Of a stretch of 64,000 bases of DNA, positions 47,305-56,512 are shown piece by piece; the stretch's first letter is position 1; each line of letters begins with the position of its first letter. Origin of the DNA: a virus. Below the pieces are notes generated by a model, which made no database searches, was not told where the DNA came from, and worked only from the letters and a program-made list of their open reading frames with translations. The stretch lies in IMG/VR virus record IMGVR_UViG_3300020439_000005, positions 16,698-80,697 of that record; one strand, written 5' to 3'. A program made the translations under genes and the position numbers.

Positions 47305-47507
47305 TCTAAACTCTCCTTTTGTATTGTTGACCTGTCGGCCCGACAGATGATGTGTTCATCAGAGTCAGTCTTGACTACTGTGATGCCTCCGTATGTCTTG
47401 TCGTCAACGGCGGCGATAAGGACACCCTCAAAGTGTTGGTCCTCGGGCCAATTACTAAGGGTCACTTTCACTCTTTCACCTATCCATTTTCTCATCCAAA
47501 CTGCCAT
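47301..47507 (-). CDS. Sm/Lsm-like protein
   Basis: WIGERVKVTL......FEGVL (Sm1) and IICRAD (Sm2-like); 68 aa. Confidence 0.55.
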   Translation of the reverse strand: MAVWMRKWIGERVKVTLSNWPEDQHFEGVLIAAVDDKTYGGITVVKTDSDEHIICRADRSTIQKESLE

Positions 47508-47511
47508 AATC

Positions 47512-48522
47512 TCACAACGTCAATTCCCTCACAAAGCACTTCAACGCAAGTGTGGGGTCTTGACTGACGGAGACATGGTGTAAAGCGTTGCCTATCCCAA
47601 CCAACAGTCGATGTCGCAATTGCTCGGGCATGCCCGTCTCGGCAGTAGTGAGTCTGTAAAATGAAATCAGAATATCAGAGGCCATCATACCTCTCGCTAT
47701 CTGTTTGTCTATCAAGGCGTCTATCTCTCTATACGCACGTAGCGGGTCAGAAGACTTGCGAGCCTTCGCAACCATGGCTAGGATTTTTCTTGATTCTTTA
47801 GGGGACGTCTGTTGTGATACTTCTTCGACGTCATTTTTGACGACTTTACCCGGCACAAGACAGACGACTTGAAGGAGATTCGTAGCCTTACGTAGTGAAC
47901 CGTTGCTAATCTCGACCAATTTTTCGATTGCATCGTCATCAAACTTCACATCTCTAGCAGTTGCGTAGGTCTTGATTACACCCGAGATTATGTCGGAACT
48001 GATTGGTTGGAATCGAGCCATGCTGAAAGCACATCGGTCTTGAATAGGCTCTATGATTTTGTGAGGATAATTACATGATAGAATGAAGACGGTCGATGTG
48101 TACCTCTCCATGGTTCTCCGAAGTGCCGCCTGTGCATCCGGTGTGAGATTGTCTGCCTCGTCAAGGAAAACAACATTGAATGGTATGGGCCGCTCGGTTC
48201 CATCGTCGGTACTAAAGGAGCCGATGACGCCACGGGATGCAAACTCCTTCACCTTACTACGTATCACCGAGATGCTTCGTTCATCAGAAGCATTGAGTTC
48301 CAACCAATTCTCTTTCCACGATTCACCGAAGGCTGACCGCATTAGTGCTAACGCAGTTGACGTCTTGCCTACTCCCGGTGGACCTGCGAACATCATGTGA
48401 GGCCAATTGTAGTCAGTCCCACTATGAAGTCGAGAGACCATTATTTTCAGACGGTTGACGATGTGGTCTTGACCAACTACTTCGTCTAAGGTCAATGGTC
48501 GTATGTCTTCGCTCCAACCCAT
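47512..48522 (-). CDS. rfcS: Replication factor C small subunit (clamp loader)
   Basis: W....[54 protein letters not shown]. Confidence 0.95.
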   Translation of the reverse strand: MGWSEDIRPLTLDEVVGQDHIVNRLKIMVSRLHSGTDYNWPHMMFAGPPGVGKTSTALALMRSAFGESWKENWLELNASDERSISVIRSKVKEFASRGVIGSFSTDDGTERPIPFNVVFLDEADNLTPDAQAALRRTMERYTSTVFILSCNYPHKIIEPIQDRCAFSMARFQPISSDIISGVIKTYATARDVKFDDDAIEKLVEISNGSLRKATNLLQVVCLVPGKVVKNDVEEVSQQTSPKESRKILAMVAKARKSSDPLRAYREIDALIDKQIARGMMASDILISFYRLTTAETGMPEQLRHRLLVGIGNALHHVSVSQDPTLALKCFVRELTL

Positions 48523-48546
48523 GTAGAATAGTTCGGTAGCCCACCC

Positions 48547-48834
48547 TTATGAAGGGACTACGTCATAGCATGGTTTGTTGATTAGAGAGTCATGCACTCC
48601 AACTACTCCCCATACACTAGAATTACGCCTCGACAAAACCTGCCTCTGATTGATTACTAGGAAGCGTCCGTCCTTTACTAGAAGATTCGATAACTCGTTT
48701 CTAGTTGGGAAGTTGCGGTACCTTTCTCCTTTGTGATTACGAACCTCAGAGACTAGAGTTGCAGAAGCCTTCGGTCCATGTTGCATGAGATATTTGAAAA
48801 CCGCATTGATTTCATGGCGGTGCTTCTTTCTCAT
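48547..48834 (-). CDS. Putative winged-helix protein
   Basis: YLMQHGPK...PTRNELSNLL..D.RF...W; start at the ATGA overlap. Confidence 0.5.
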   Translation of the reverse strand: MRKKHRHEINAVFKYLMQHGPKASATLVSEVRNHKGERYRNFPTRNELSNLLVKDGRFLVINQRQVLSRRNSSVWGVVGVHDSLINKPCYDVVPS

Positions 48835-48989
48835 AGCCGTCCCTTCTTCGCTCGTTGTACTCTTTTCCATTTCAGATAGCATTTACCACAACGAGGGTTT
48901 GTAGTGTACCCACTCGTACTATGCGAGTTGCGGGTATTGATAACTTCGTTGCAGTCAAGACACAGTAAACCGTCAGCCCTACTCGGCAT
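48831..48989 (-). CDS. 52-aa Zn-finger microprotein (not in ORF track)
   Basis: MPSRADGLLCLDC...RCGKCY; overlaps both neighbours. Confidence 0.5.
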   Translation of the reverse strand: MPSRADGLLCLDCNEVINTRNSHSTSGYTTNPRCGKCYLKWKRVQRAKKGRL

Positions 48990-49251
48990 GGGTCTTCGGG
49001 TCTCCTTCGTCCACTTGAATGTGTTGATGAAGAATGTTCATGAACTCGTCCTGTTCGACTGCACCAATGGTAAAGTCGAATACAACGGGGTTAGGATTTT
49101 CTTCTCCGTCGGTCCCTTCTTTCACGACTATAATGTCGCTTTCGTTCGTGTTAGCCATTAACCATTCTATTACGGACTTTGAAGTCCAAAAGGTCATGGC
49201 ATTTGCGTCTTTCAATGTACTGTCGTCAGTCATAGTATCGACTCCGCTCAA
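48979..49251 (-). CDS. Acidic hypothetical protein
   Basis: Closely packed ORF in operon. Confidence 0.5.
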   Translation of the reverse strand: MSGVDTMTDDSTLKDANAMTFWTSKSVIEWLMANTNESDIIVVKEGTDGEENPNPVVFDFTIGAVEQDEFMNILHQHIQVDEGDPKTHAE

Positions 49252-49715
49252 GCGAACGGGTCTCTCTTGATTGCGTCCATGCGAGCGGCTCTTTCTTCTC
49301 TGCGAGCGTCTCTAGCCTTCTTCGCTTCGTTGCGTACTAGATATGCCTCCCATTTGCCGGTGCCCCATGCAACAGATTCAGCCACGATGGTTTCTATTAG
49401 AGAGTCGTCGGGTCCGTTGATGAAGATTCTCCACTCAAAGCCCCTGTGCGTATATGCGACGTCGTCCACGTCATTACCTGCGCTCTTGACTTTGTCTTTG
49501 ATATTGTCCCAAACCTCGCCCTTGACCCAAATGGTCGCAGGTGTGCCTAGTCCACCATAGATAGCGGCTATGTTCTGATGAGAGTCCTCATTCATGCGTA
49601 CGGCCATATAGTTGACTGCACCTGCGCTCCTCTCATGGACGGTACAACCGTACTCCTCAAACTTCTCGGCAATTTCGTTCTGTGTCTCGGCTTTCATAGC
49701 GTTCATGTCGCTCAT
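49248..49715 (-). CDS. Hypothetical protein
   Basis: TTCATATAGGTGGG promoter supports start at MSDMNAM. Confidence 0.55.
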   Translation of the reverse strand: MSDMNAMKAETQNEIAEKFEEYGCTVHERSAGAVNYMAVRMNEDSHQNIAAIYGGLGTPATIWVKGEVWDNIKDKVKSAGNDVDDVAYTHRGFEWRIFINGPDDSLIETIVAESVAWGTGKWEAYLVRNEAKKARDARREERAARMDAIKRDPFA

Positions 49716-50374
49716 GAGCCTATGACGGAATCCCCACCTATATGAAAGGTGTAGTCTTGTGACCAATTACCGTTATTAAACTCAATACAACATTTACGAC
49801 ATGCTGAGTTGGGCGACGGTCGTCGATTTCGTCGTACAGTACGATTACAATTCTTGCATGTAAGGAGATACTCACCTTCACTTGAGTTGAGATGAGCCGA
49901 GAACAGTTTGGTCTGCTCTTTGTACGACTCGAAGGACGTCCATCCCTGCTCCTCAGCGTCGAAGATTTGGTTATGTGCGTTATGTGGTCCAACCACCCAA
50001 TGAACCAACTCATGATGTATTAGTCCCTTGAGCAACATTGGGTCCTCCCAACCAAAGGCGTACGGGTGTAAATGTATAGTGGAGCGACCACCGTATGCGG
50101 GTGTCTCAATCCTCGCTTGAATAACTTGATTGTCGGCGTCGAGATAGACCCAATCAAACTCGGTTGGGTGTACGGGTGTTTTCCATTCCCGCTCGTTGAT
50201 TACTTCATAGAACAGTTTGTGAACTGAATCCATGTCCTCGCTATTCAATCTGCCGTGATACAAATTGTGTCTCCCCTGCGGTGGATGCGGAATGTTAGAT
50301 TCGGGTTCATTATACAGAGGGTCTGTACAAGACTGCCTATTTCGCTCGGGTTCCCTGTGAGGCTCAGTTCCCAT
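49712..50374 (-). CDS. SprT-like zinc metalloprotease
   Basis: HELVH...H followed by CKNC...CRKC. Confidence 0.7.
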   Translation of the reverse strand: MGTEPHREPERNRQSCTDPLYNEPESNIPHPPQGRHNLYHGRLNSEDMDSVHKLFYEVINEREWKTPVHPTEFDWVYLDADNQVIQARIETPAYGGRSTIHLHPYAFGWEDPMLLKGLIHHELVHWVVGPHNAHNQIFDAEEQGWTSFESYKEQTKLFSAHLNSSEGEYLLTCKNCNRTVRRNRRPSPNSACRKCCIEFNNGNWSQDYTFHIGGDSVIGS

Positions 50375-50449
50375 ATCCTGTTGTCCTCCATGAAGCGTGT
50401 TGTACGCTAGATGGTTCTTTACCCCACCTATCTAAAGGACGGTATGTGA

Positions 50450-51511
50450 CTAATGAGTGTGGAACCTTCTCAGTTGGTCGAAGCCCTTTCGATAATACTT
50501 AGAATACTGAGACCTTCCCGATTTGTGATAGCCCTTCTTAACCCTCGTAGTTGGTCGAGGAAAACTAATACCTTGACTCTCCATGTAGTCTAGCAAGTTG
50601 TTAAACTCATGTCGAGCCTCATTAGCGTCTAGCGTCCATGAGAACTTCGGGTTCGGTGGGTCTCCACGTACCTTCTCCCATTGTCTGAATGCCCTTCGGA
50701 TTGGTGATGAATTAGTCTTGTACTGCAACGGTCGTGTGTTGGCGTGTCGCCTACTTGTCGGTTCGTTAGAGGTTTTCATGTCCTCCGGTACTATTTCGCA
50801 GAATATGTGTAGGTTCTCCCACGCCCACTCAAGCCATAGTTCGACTTGAGCGTCTCGCTCTCTAGCCCATACTGAACTACTCGACGCCGACCAAAACTCA
50901 GCGTCCGTCTCATAGTCCTCTCGGTTGATTACAGTCTCGGGGTCGACTCTGACGTCGGTGGGCTCCGCCAACCAACGGGGACGATGTCGCTTAGTCCATG
51001 TCTTACTAGGCGTGTGTGTAGTATTGTCGACTTTGTGAATGTAGTAGTTGCGATAGGCAGTCAAGGAGTCGGGGTGTTTGCACTCGTCCGGCATGGCTTG
51101 AGCGAAGGGCGTCCGTCCAATGTCGGGGAAGAACTTTGAGAAGCCGCCCTTGAAGATGCGGACCAACTCGTCATGGCATGCGTGTGTTTTGCCGAACCTG
51201 TATTCGTACTCTCTGCATAGTGCTATGCCTAGGTCCACGGTGTACTCGAAGTTCTGCCTTGACTCTCTCGCCCACACGGTACACGGATGGTTGAGATGAG
51301 TCGACTTGTACGGCTTGCCTTCTTTGGTCCATGGTAGCATGGGCTTCAATGCCTCGTCGTCCCATTCTATGCTAGGCCAACGTATAGGGATTTGATGTCT
51401 GAGATTAGTAGCAACGATTTGCGTCAGTTCCAATGGCATTTTGATTACGTGGGCGTCCGAGTGATACTTGGCAGATTTTTCTATGTTGTCGTCTAGCACA
51501 AAGATGTTCAT
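50450..51511 (-). CDS. Pyrimidine-dimer glycosylase/EndoV-like family protein with C-terminal extension
   Basis: MNIFVLD...HVIKMPLELTQ, THLNHPCTVWARES, EYEYRFGKTH, QAMPD, AYRNYY. Confidence 0.7.
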   Translation of the reverse strand: MNIFVLDDNIEKSAKYHSDAHVIKMPLELTQIVATNLRHQIPIRWPSIEWDDEALKPMLPWTKEGKPYKSTHLNHPCTVWARESRQNFEYTVDLGIALCREYEYRFGKTHACHDELVRIFKGGFSKFFPDIGRTPFAQAMPDECKHPDSLTAYRNYYIHKVDNTTHTPSKTWTKRHRPRWLAEPTDVRVDPETVINREDYETDAEFWSASSSSVWARERDAQVELWLEWAWENLHIFCEIVPEDMKTSNEPTSRRHANTRPLQYKTNSSPIRRAFRQWEKVRGDPPNPKFSWTLDANEARHEFNNLLDYMESQGISFPRPTTRVKKGYHKSGRSQYSKYYRKGFDQLRRFHTH

Positions 51512-51559
51512 GACCTTCGGACGAACCCCACCGATATATAACTTTCTTATCATATACCA

Positions 51560-52075
51560 CCCCAATTTAATTCCGCATTAATTCAAAGGAAAAAAATCGA
51601 CTTTTTTTCGGTTCAAAACCCAATCTCACAAAACATGGGGGAGGGGTGTTCCGAGATGGTGAAAGAAATGGTGTGAATTAACGCCGAATTAAATCCGAGT
51701 AAAAACGTGGTACTACGCACTTCCGTATTTAACTGTTGAAATTAATTCCGTTTGCTGAGAGAGCATTACCACACACACACACCTTTTCCCCCTTGTGTGT
51801 GTGTCCCCCCATAACCTTCCAAAATCATTTAATTAATTTCTAAAATAGTAATAATAGTATAGTATATAGTAGTAATATCACAATGGAGATAAGGCAAACT
51901 CGCACGTAGCGTCCGAAAACAGTATGCGGTGAAAATAGGGTCTCAATATGGTGCTGACCAACCATAGGGGAGGGGTTGAGGGGGGTTTTCTTGTGTGGCA
52001 TGGTCAGAATATCGGCTAAACTATCAGAAATAAGGCCTATATGACCGACATGTTATATACTAAAGGCCCCGCGTA
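51560..52075. other. AT-rich intergenic region at a strand switch; candidate replication origin
   Basis: Repeated AATT(A/C) words, ACACACAC/GTGTGTGT inverted repeat, AT-rich tract 51825-51880. Confidence 0.4.
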
Positions 52076-52084
52076 GGTCATTAC

Positions 52085-52531
52085 ATGACCTACGGGACAT
52101 CAAACAACACGCGACAACCACGACTGACCGGCCACGCCATCGAGCGAGCCGGAATCCGGCTTAAGCCGGATGAATTGAAGCGGGCTTTAGCCGTCGCCTC
52201 AATCGAATGGGCTAAACTAGAAGCCCGAGGACATCGAGCCGGAGCAATCGTCTCACTTGACTTGAAGGGCATCCGTAGAACCGACAACTCCGGGTATGAG
52301 TCTAATGGCGACATGGTCGTCCTCATCATCGTTAACGGTTCAATCGTGACCGCATACCTTCGCCGCTCATCACAACCACTTGACGCTAATTGGCGAGCCG
52401 GTATCAACCGCCGACATAATGCAACCATCTCAAAGAAAGGCGTCGTATGGGGTCGAGGTACTGAGACCATCAAGACCCTCAATCAAAAGGCATGTGCTAA
52501 GGCTTCAAAGTACAACAAGAGGAGGTATTGA
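52085..52531 (+). CDS. Basic protein with RelE/BECR-like N-terminus
   Basis: LTGHAIERAGIR...VVLIIVNGSIVTAY; TTATATAC promoter upstream. Confidence 0.45.
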   Translation: MTYGTSNNTRQPRLTGHAIERAGIRLKPDELKRALAVASIEWAKLEARGHRAGAIVSLDLKGIRRTDNSGYESNGDMVVLIIVNGSIVTAYLRRSSQPLDANWRAGINRRHNATISKKGVVWGRGTETIKTLNQKACAKASKYNKRRY

Positions 52532-52532
52532 A

Positions 52533-53060
52533 TTGAAAGGCACTTTCACTTTCACCATGGGCCTCCCTGCCGCCGGTAAATCGTCGGTTATCAAGGACGG
52601 ACGGGCAAAGGTAGACGGAGCGGTTCTCTTAGACTGTGACTCATTCAAAGAGGCTCATCCCGACTATGACCCTCATAATCCTCAAGCCCTTCATTCATGG
52701 TCGAAGGCTAAGGTCAAGGAGGCATTCAATGAGGCACTAGAGACCGGCGGTCAATTCGTTTACGACACAACCGGAACCAATGCGCCGAGAATGCTTAACG
52801 AAATGAACCGAGCAAAGGAGGCAGGGTTCAACGTCCGTCTAGTATTCGTCAAGGTCGACCTAGTGACTTCTATCGGACGCAATCACGACGCCTCAAGGGG
52901 TCGGGTTGTGCCTTTGCCGGTCATCATTGAGAAGGCCGACAAAGTGAACCGAGTATTCGACGAAATCCACCACGTCGCCCACGAAGTAGTAATTATCGAC
53001 AACTCAAGAGACAACACCTTGAACACACCATCGGCATACATGGAGGCTTTCACCCTATGA
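52533..53060 (+). CDS. P-loop kinase (zeta toxin/AAA_33-like)
   Basis: GLPAAGKS, LDCDSFKE, VYDTTG, RN...R.R.VP; GGAGGT then TTG start. Confidence 0.75.
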   Translation: MKGTFTFTMGLPAAGKSSVIKDGRAKVDGAVLLDCDSFKEAHPDYDPHNPQALHSWSKAKVKEAFNEALETGGQFVYDTTGTNAPRMLNEMNRAKEAGFNVRLVFVKVDLVTSIGRNHDASRGRVVPLPVIIEKADKVNRVFDEIHHVAHEVVIIDNSRDNTLNTPSAYMEAFTL

Positions 53061-53247
53061 GTACCAATAGAAGCGTTCTGAGGGCTTCTAATAGGTTCAG
53101 AGGCTCAAAGGTACCTCCGACCTATACGGTGGCCTGTATGGTATCTCTAAACGCCCAAAAACGGCATAGGCTCGCAGTACCACGGTTTTACGGAATCCGA
53201 GCCGAGGCACCCGAGACAGCCCGAAGGGGCACCCCTTGACCCCGTGA

Positions 53248-53343
53248 AGATTTGCACAGGATTTGCAGGGTATCGAGCAACTATCGAGTAAATGTGTGCC
53301 CCGCTCGAATACTATCGAGTAAATGTGCAGTCGGCTCGAACAC
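53248..53343 (+). repeat. Tandem 31-bp repeat with TATCGAG(T/C)AAATGTG core
   Basis: 53281-53311 and 53312-53342, plus GATTTGCA twice upstream. Confidence 0.85.
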
Positions 53344-53349
53344 TAATGG

Positions 53350-53433
53350 CTAAGTGCATACGTGTTCGATAAGTGCCTCCTTAGTTGGGTGCTTGGTGTC
53401 GCAACAGTAGCAGACGAAAGGTCGACTCCTCAT
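53350..53433 (-). CDS. 27-aa C2H2-like Zn-finger microprotein
   Basis: MRSRPFVCYCCDTKHPTKEALIEHVCT. Confidence 0.5.
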   Translation of the reverse strand: MRSRPFVCYCCDTKHPTKEALIEHVCT

Positions 53434-53441
53434 TACTAGCC

Positions 53442-53573
53442 CTAGCAATTCGCAACCCTCCATGCTACGGGGTACCCGTCGTCACCGTCGGCGGTAAACA
53501 TGAACCCCGACCATGTGTCGAAGTCCACGATGTCGACTCGTACAGTCCTACACCACTTCGGTTCGTATTCCAT
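53442..53573 (-). CDS. 43-aa microprotein
   Basis: MEYEPKWC...; starts 2 nt after the upstream stop. Confidence 0.45.
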   Translation of the reverse strand: MEYEPKWCRTVRVDIVDFDTWSGFMFTADGDDGYPVAWRVANC

Positions 53574-53575
53574 TC

Positions 53576-53740
53576 TCAGACCAACCCCTGTCCCGTAGCC
53601 ATAGCAAAGCGAGCGGCTAAGACTTGCACGTGGCAACCCTCACAGGCTCGCCCCTCGGCTAAAGGTTGGGCGTTGTGACCGTAAGGCCACCCGTGTTCGT
53701 TCGATGTTATTTCACCATTACAAAGTACACATGTTAACAT
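53576..53740 (-). CDS. 54-aa Zn-binding microprotein
   Basis: MLTCVLC...YGHNAQPLAEGRACEGC; GGAGGT ribosome-binding site. Confidence 0.6.
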   Translation of the reverse strand: MLTCVLCNGEITSNEHGWPYGHNAQPLAEGRACEGCHVQVLAARFAMATGQGLV

Positions 53741-53767
53741 GATATTACCTCCTATCAGACCTAGGGG

Positions 53768-53899
53768 TCATTTCACCCCGAAAGGTGGTCCACCTGTTAG
53801 ATGAACATACATATTGATGATTTGAACCTTAGCGTGATGTAATTCGGTCACAGGTCCATAAGGTGCGCTCGGTAGTCGGTTGTAGCGTTGTGGTAGCAT
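53768..53899 (-). CDS. 43-aa microprotein
   Basis: GGAGGAG RBS and TATATAA promoter upstream. Confidence 0.4.
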   Translation of the reverse strand: MLPQRYNRLPSAPYGPVTELHHAKVQIINMYVHLTGGPPFGVK

Positions 53900-53962
53900 A
53901 GTGTCTCCTCCAATCTGTCCTAGGTGGGTTCCTGTTATATACCTTCCGAGTTATAGGTCTCC

Positions 53963-54385
53963 TCAGTATGTACTAGGATGCCTCCATTGTGCCCTGCGCT
54001 CGTCCTCTAAGCGGTCAGCCTCGCCGAAGGCTCTAACCTTCGCAAGCATTTCCGTACGTGCCTCATTAGAGACGCAGTTAACCCCGAAAACCGGAGTGTC
54101 CCTGTCGTCAGCGTGAGCGTCAGCAAGTCGGCAAGGCTCGCAGATTCTAACTGTAATATTCTTGAAGACGTTGTGCTGAGGCATTACTTCTCGGATGAGG
54201 GCTTCAACTTCTTCGGAAGTCGATGGCTTGTTTGATGTTGCGCCATAGCGAGCCATTTCATACGAAGTGCGGGCGGTGGTCTCAATTGAGAATTGATGTA
54301 GCATTAAGTCGATGTTGAGCATATTTGCAGGTGCGTCCGGTGCGTCGCAGTAGTCGCAGGGGTAGGTGGTCGGGAGTTGCGTCAT
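53963..54385 (-). CDS. Hypothetical protein with split CxxC pairs
   Basis: CDYC...CEPC; TTTAATA promoter upstream. Confidence 0.6.
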   Translation of the reverse strand: MTQLPTTYPCDYCDAPDAPANMLNIDLMLHQFSIETTARTSYEMARYGATSNKPSTSEEVEALIREVMPQHNVFKNITVRICEPCRLADAHADDRDTPVFGVNCVSNEARTEMLAKVRAFGEADRLEDERRAQWRHPSTY

Positions 54386-54527
54386 GGTTGGTCGTAGGCG
54401 TTCCCCCTATTAAAGATTCTGATAGGTTCGGTTTCACAAAACGGAAACACCCTAAAAGCGAAAGATTATATACCCCCATCCCTTAGCATCACGTGTCGCT
54501 GGCCTCGGCGAGCCGACCTCGGACAAA

Positions 54528-54690
54528 AAAATGGTCGGACGCCCGTTGACTCGTCAGCCAACGGACGCCCATTTTATCCCCTACTATTTTCACTCCCATG
54601 GGGAGCGGACGCTCTTAACGTCGGGTTTTCAAGGATAGTTGGAAAGTCAAATGGTCGGACGCCCGTCAGCCCGAAGGCCAACGGACGCCC
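54528..54690 (-). repeat. Duplicated hairpin AAATGGTCGGACGCCCGT...CCAACGGACGCCC; distal copy followed by U7 (terminator-like)
   Basis: Copies at ~54529-54570 and ~54649-54690. Confidence 0.7.
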
Positions 54691-54704
54691 TTACGTCCAC
54701 CTAC

Positions 54705-55079
54705 TCAGTAGGTGTCGCGGCTTTGGGTCACACCGGTTGTTCCGGTGAAGTCGACCTCAAGTTCGCCGTAGCATGATTGTGCCCTAAAGCGACTGAACAA
54801 CGAGTCAAAGACTACACCGCTCAAGTCGTCTGCCCTAGTCCAAAAACCAACAGGGGTATTGTTTTGGGTGGACGAACCACGTACGGTTGATACGCCATAG
54901 TCAGCAGGGTCAACGTCGACCCTCACTGCCATGCACCCGCAACCCTGCCCGGTGCGGGAGAATGCGTCGGTGAGGGCTTGGTGCCCCACCGCCATAAGTG
55001 CGTTCACGTACGCACTCTCGTTGTCGGTCGTTGCTCTTAGTCTCGGGTTTCCATAGTCGGTCATATTGGTTGCCTCCAA
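54705..55079 (-). CDS. Hypothetical protein
   Basis: ORF with own promoter and GGAGG RBS (likely start MTDYG). Confidence 0.55.
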   Translation of the reverse strand: MEATNMTDYGNPRLRATTDNESAYVNALMAVGHQALTDAFSRTGQGCGCMAVRVDVDPADYGVSTVRGSSTQNNTPVGFWTRADDLSGVVFDSLFSRFRAQSCYGELEVDFTGTTGVTQSRDTY

Positions 55080-55208
55080 ACTGTCCGAGGGGGGTTGTAG
55101 GTATAAAGGTATGGTTCACAAAGGTTGAGAGTAATATAACCAAAAGATTATATACCTACATCCCTTCGTAGACACGTGCCGCTACCGCCCCCGCCGAGGG
55201 TCGGCGAT

Positions 55209-55244
55209 AAAAAAGGGGGACTGAGAGCCTAAGCCCTCAGCCCC
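55209..55244 (-). terminator. Hairpin plus U-tract after ardC-like gene
   Basis: GGGGCTGAGGGC-TTAG-GCTCTCAGTCCCC-TTTTTT on the minus strand. Confidence 0.7.
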
Positions 55245-55251
55245 GTTGCGT

Positions 55252-56244
55252 TCAATGCTCCGTGGTGATACCCTCAAGGGCTTCCATGGTGGCACCGTCC
55301 GTAGTGGTCGCTCCGTCGTGGCTCTCAGGGCGTCCCCCTATAACCCATGAGGCCGCCGCACTAGAGCGAGTCAAGGCTCTGAGAATGGCCTTTCTAGCCT
55401 CCTTCTGAGGCGTCCTAGAAGCCCACCCTGCTAAGTAAGCCGCCGAGCGGTTCATGTTGCTCTCGTAGCCTAGAACCCCACATGCGGCCACGCTAGACAA
55501 TTCAGCGATTAACTCCTCAACTGCATAGTCACCGTCTCGGGCTGAGTAGCCTCCTAGAGGTCTCGCTAGCCTTAGAGGGTGGCCGGTTGCATGACTCGCT
55601 TCGTGAAGTAGTACGCATGCGTAGTCGTCGATTGATTCCCATGCGGTCATGGGTGGCATGGTGATTGTGTCGGTTGAAGGCGTGTAGTACGCCGCCATGC
55701 CGTCAACGATTCGGACGCCGTCAAGGTTGGACTGTACGACGCTCCATAGGTCGGATGCGTCGACCGGGTCTCTCTCCTCAACTCCGAGTCTGTCTAAAGC
55801 CCACTTTGCCGGAATGTTTGTGTTCTCGATATTCCAAACCGGATAACTTCGGAACCCTTGAGCGAAGCGGTCGGGTGCTTCGTCGTCGTCCTTCTCAGTT
55901 TTCTTGATTTTGTACATGATAGGACGGAAATGATAGGTGTCCGCTTTGCCGCCCTTCTTGAAGGCGAATAGGTCTTCGCCGTCGTTCTCGTTATTGTACT
56001 GCTCCATGAGTTTCTTAGCCTGTCCGCTAGCGACAAACAGAGGACTTGAGTATTCTCCTCTCTGCATGGCTAGGATTGACGCCCAAACATTGAGTCCGCT
56101 AAATGCGTTCCCGGTGTGGGCGTTGGTGGGTGTAAACAAGCCGTTCCATGGCTTGACCCATTCCGGCATATTTCCGCTTTGGATAATGCTCAGAACCTCG
56201 TCTGCAATTTCGTTCATTTGGTCAGTTGTTTTTGTGTGCTTCAC
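55252..56244 (-). CDS. ardC: ArdC-like antirestriction protein (ssDNA-binding plus zincin-like domain)
   Basis: PEWVKPW, FSGLN, VWNIENT, AYYTPSTDTITMP, LLHEASHATGHPLRLAR, YAVEELIAEL, SAAYLAGW. Confidence 0.88.
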   Translation of the reverse strand: MKHTKTTDQMNEIADEVLSIIQSGNMPEWVKPWNGLFTPTNAHTGNAFSGLNVWASILAMQRGEYSSPLFVASGQAKKLMEQYNNENDGEDLFAFKKGGKADTYHFRPIMYKIKKTEKDDDEAPDRFAQGFRSYPVWNIENTNIPAKWALDRLGVEERDPVDASDLWSVVQSNLDGVRIVDGMAAYYTPSTDTITMPPMTAWESIDDYACVLLHEASHATGHPLRLARPLGGYSARDGDYAVEELIAELSSVAACGVLGYESNMNRSAAYLAGWASRTPQKEARKAILRALTRSSAAASWVIGGRPESHDGATTTDGATMEALEGITTEH

Positions 56245-56512
56245 GTTGTCTCCTCCTTGAATACATACTGAGCGAAGGGGCTTAGGTACTTAAAGGGTCG
56301 CATGCTCAAAGTCTCAAAGTCATATAAGCGAAAGACTATATACCTCCTGTGGTACGTTGAGTATGATTAGGCGTCGCCGATGTGGGGTCGGGATGAAAAA
56401 AATCGGCTGAATGTGTGGAGGGTCGGAGACCAACCCGACCCCCCGATGGAGGCCACACCGGAAGTCACCCGAAGGCGTCCCGGTGTGGTTTACGATAGTC
56501 TGAATGCCCGAC

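Noticed and set aside
54540-54570. Hammerhead-like CUGACGAG on the minus strand
   Set aside because: No downstream GAAA or compatible stems; it is the loop region of a terminator-like hairpin.
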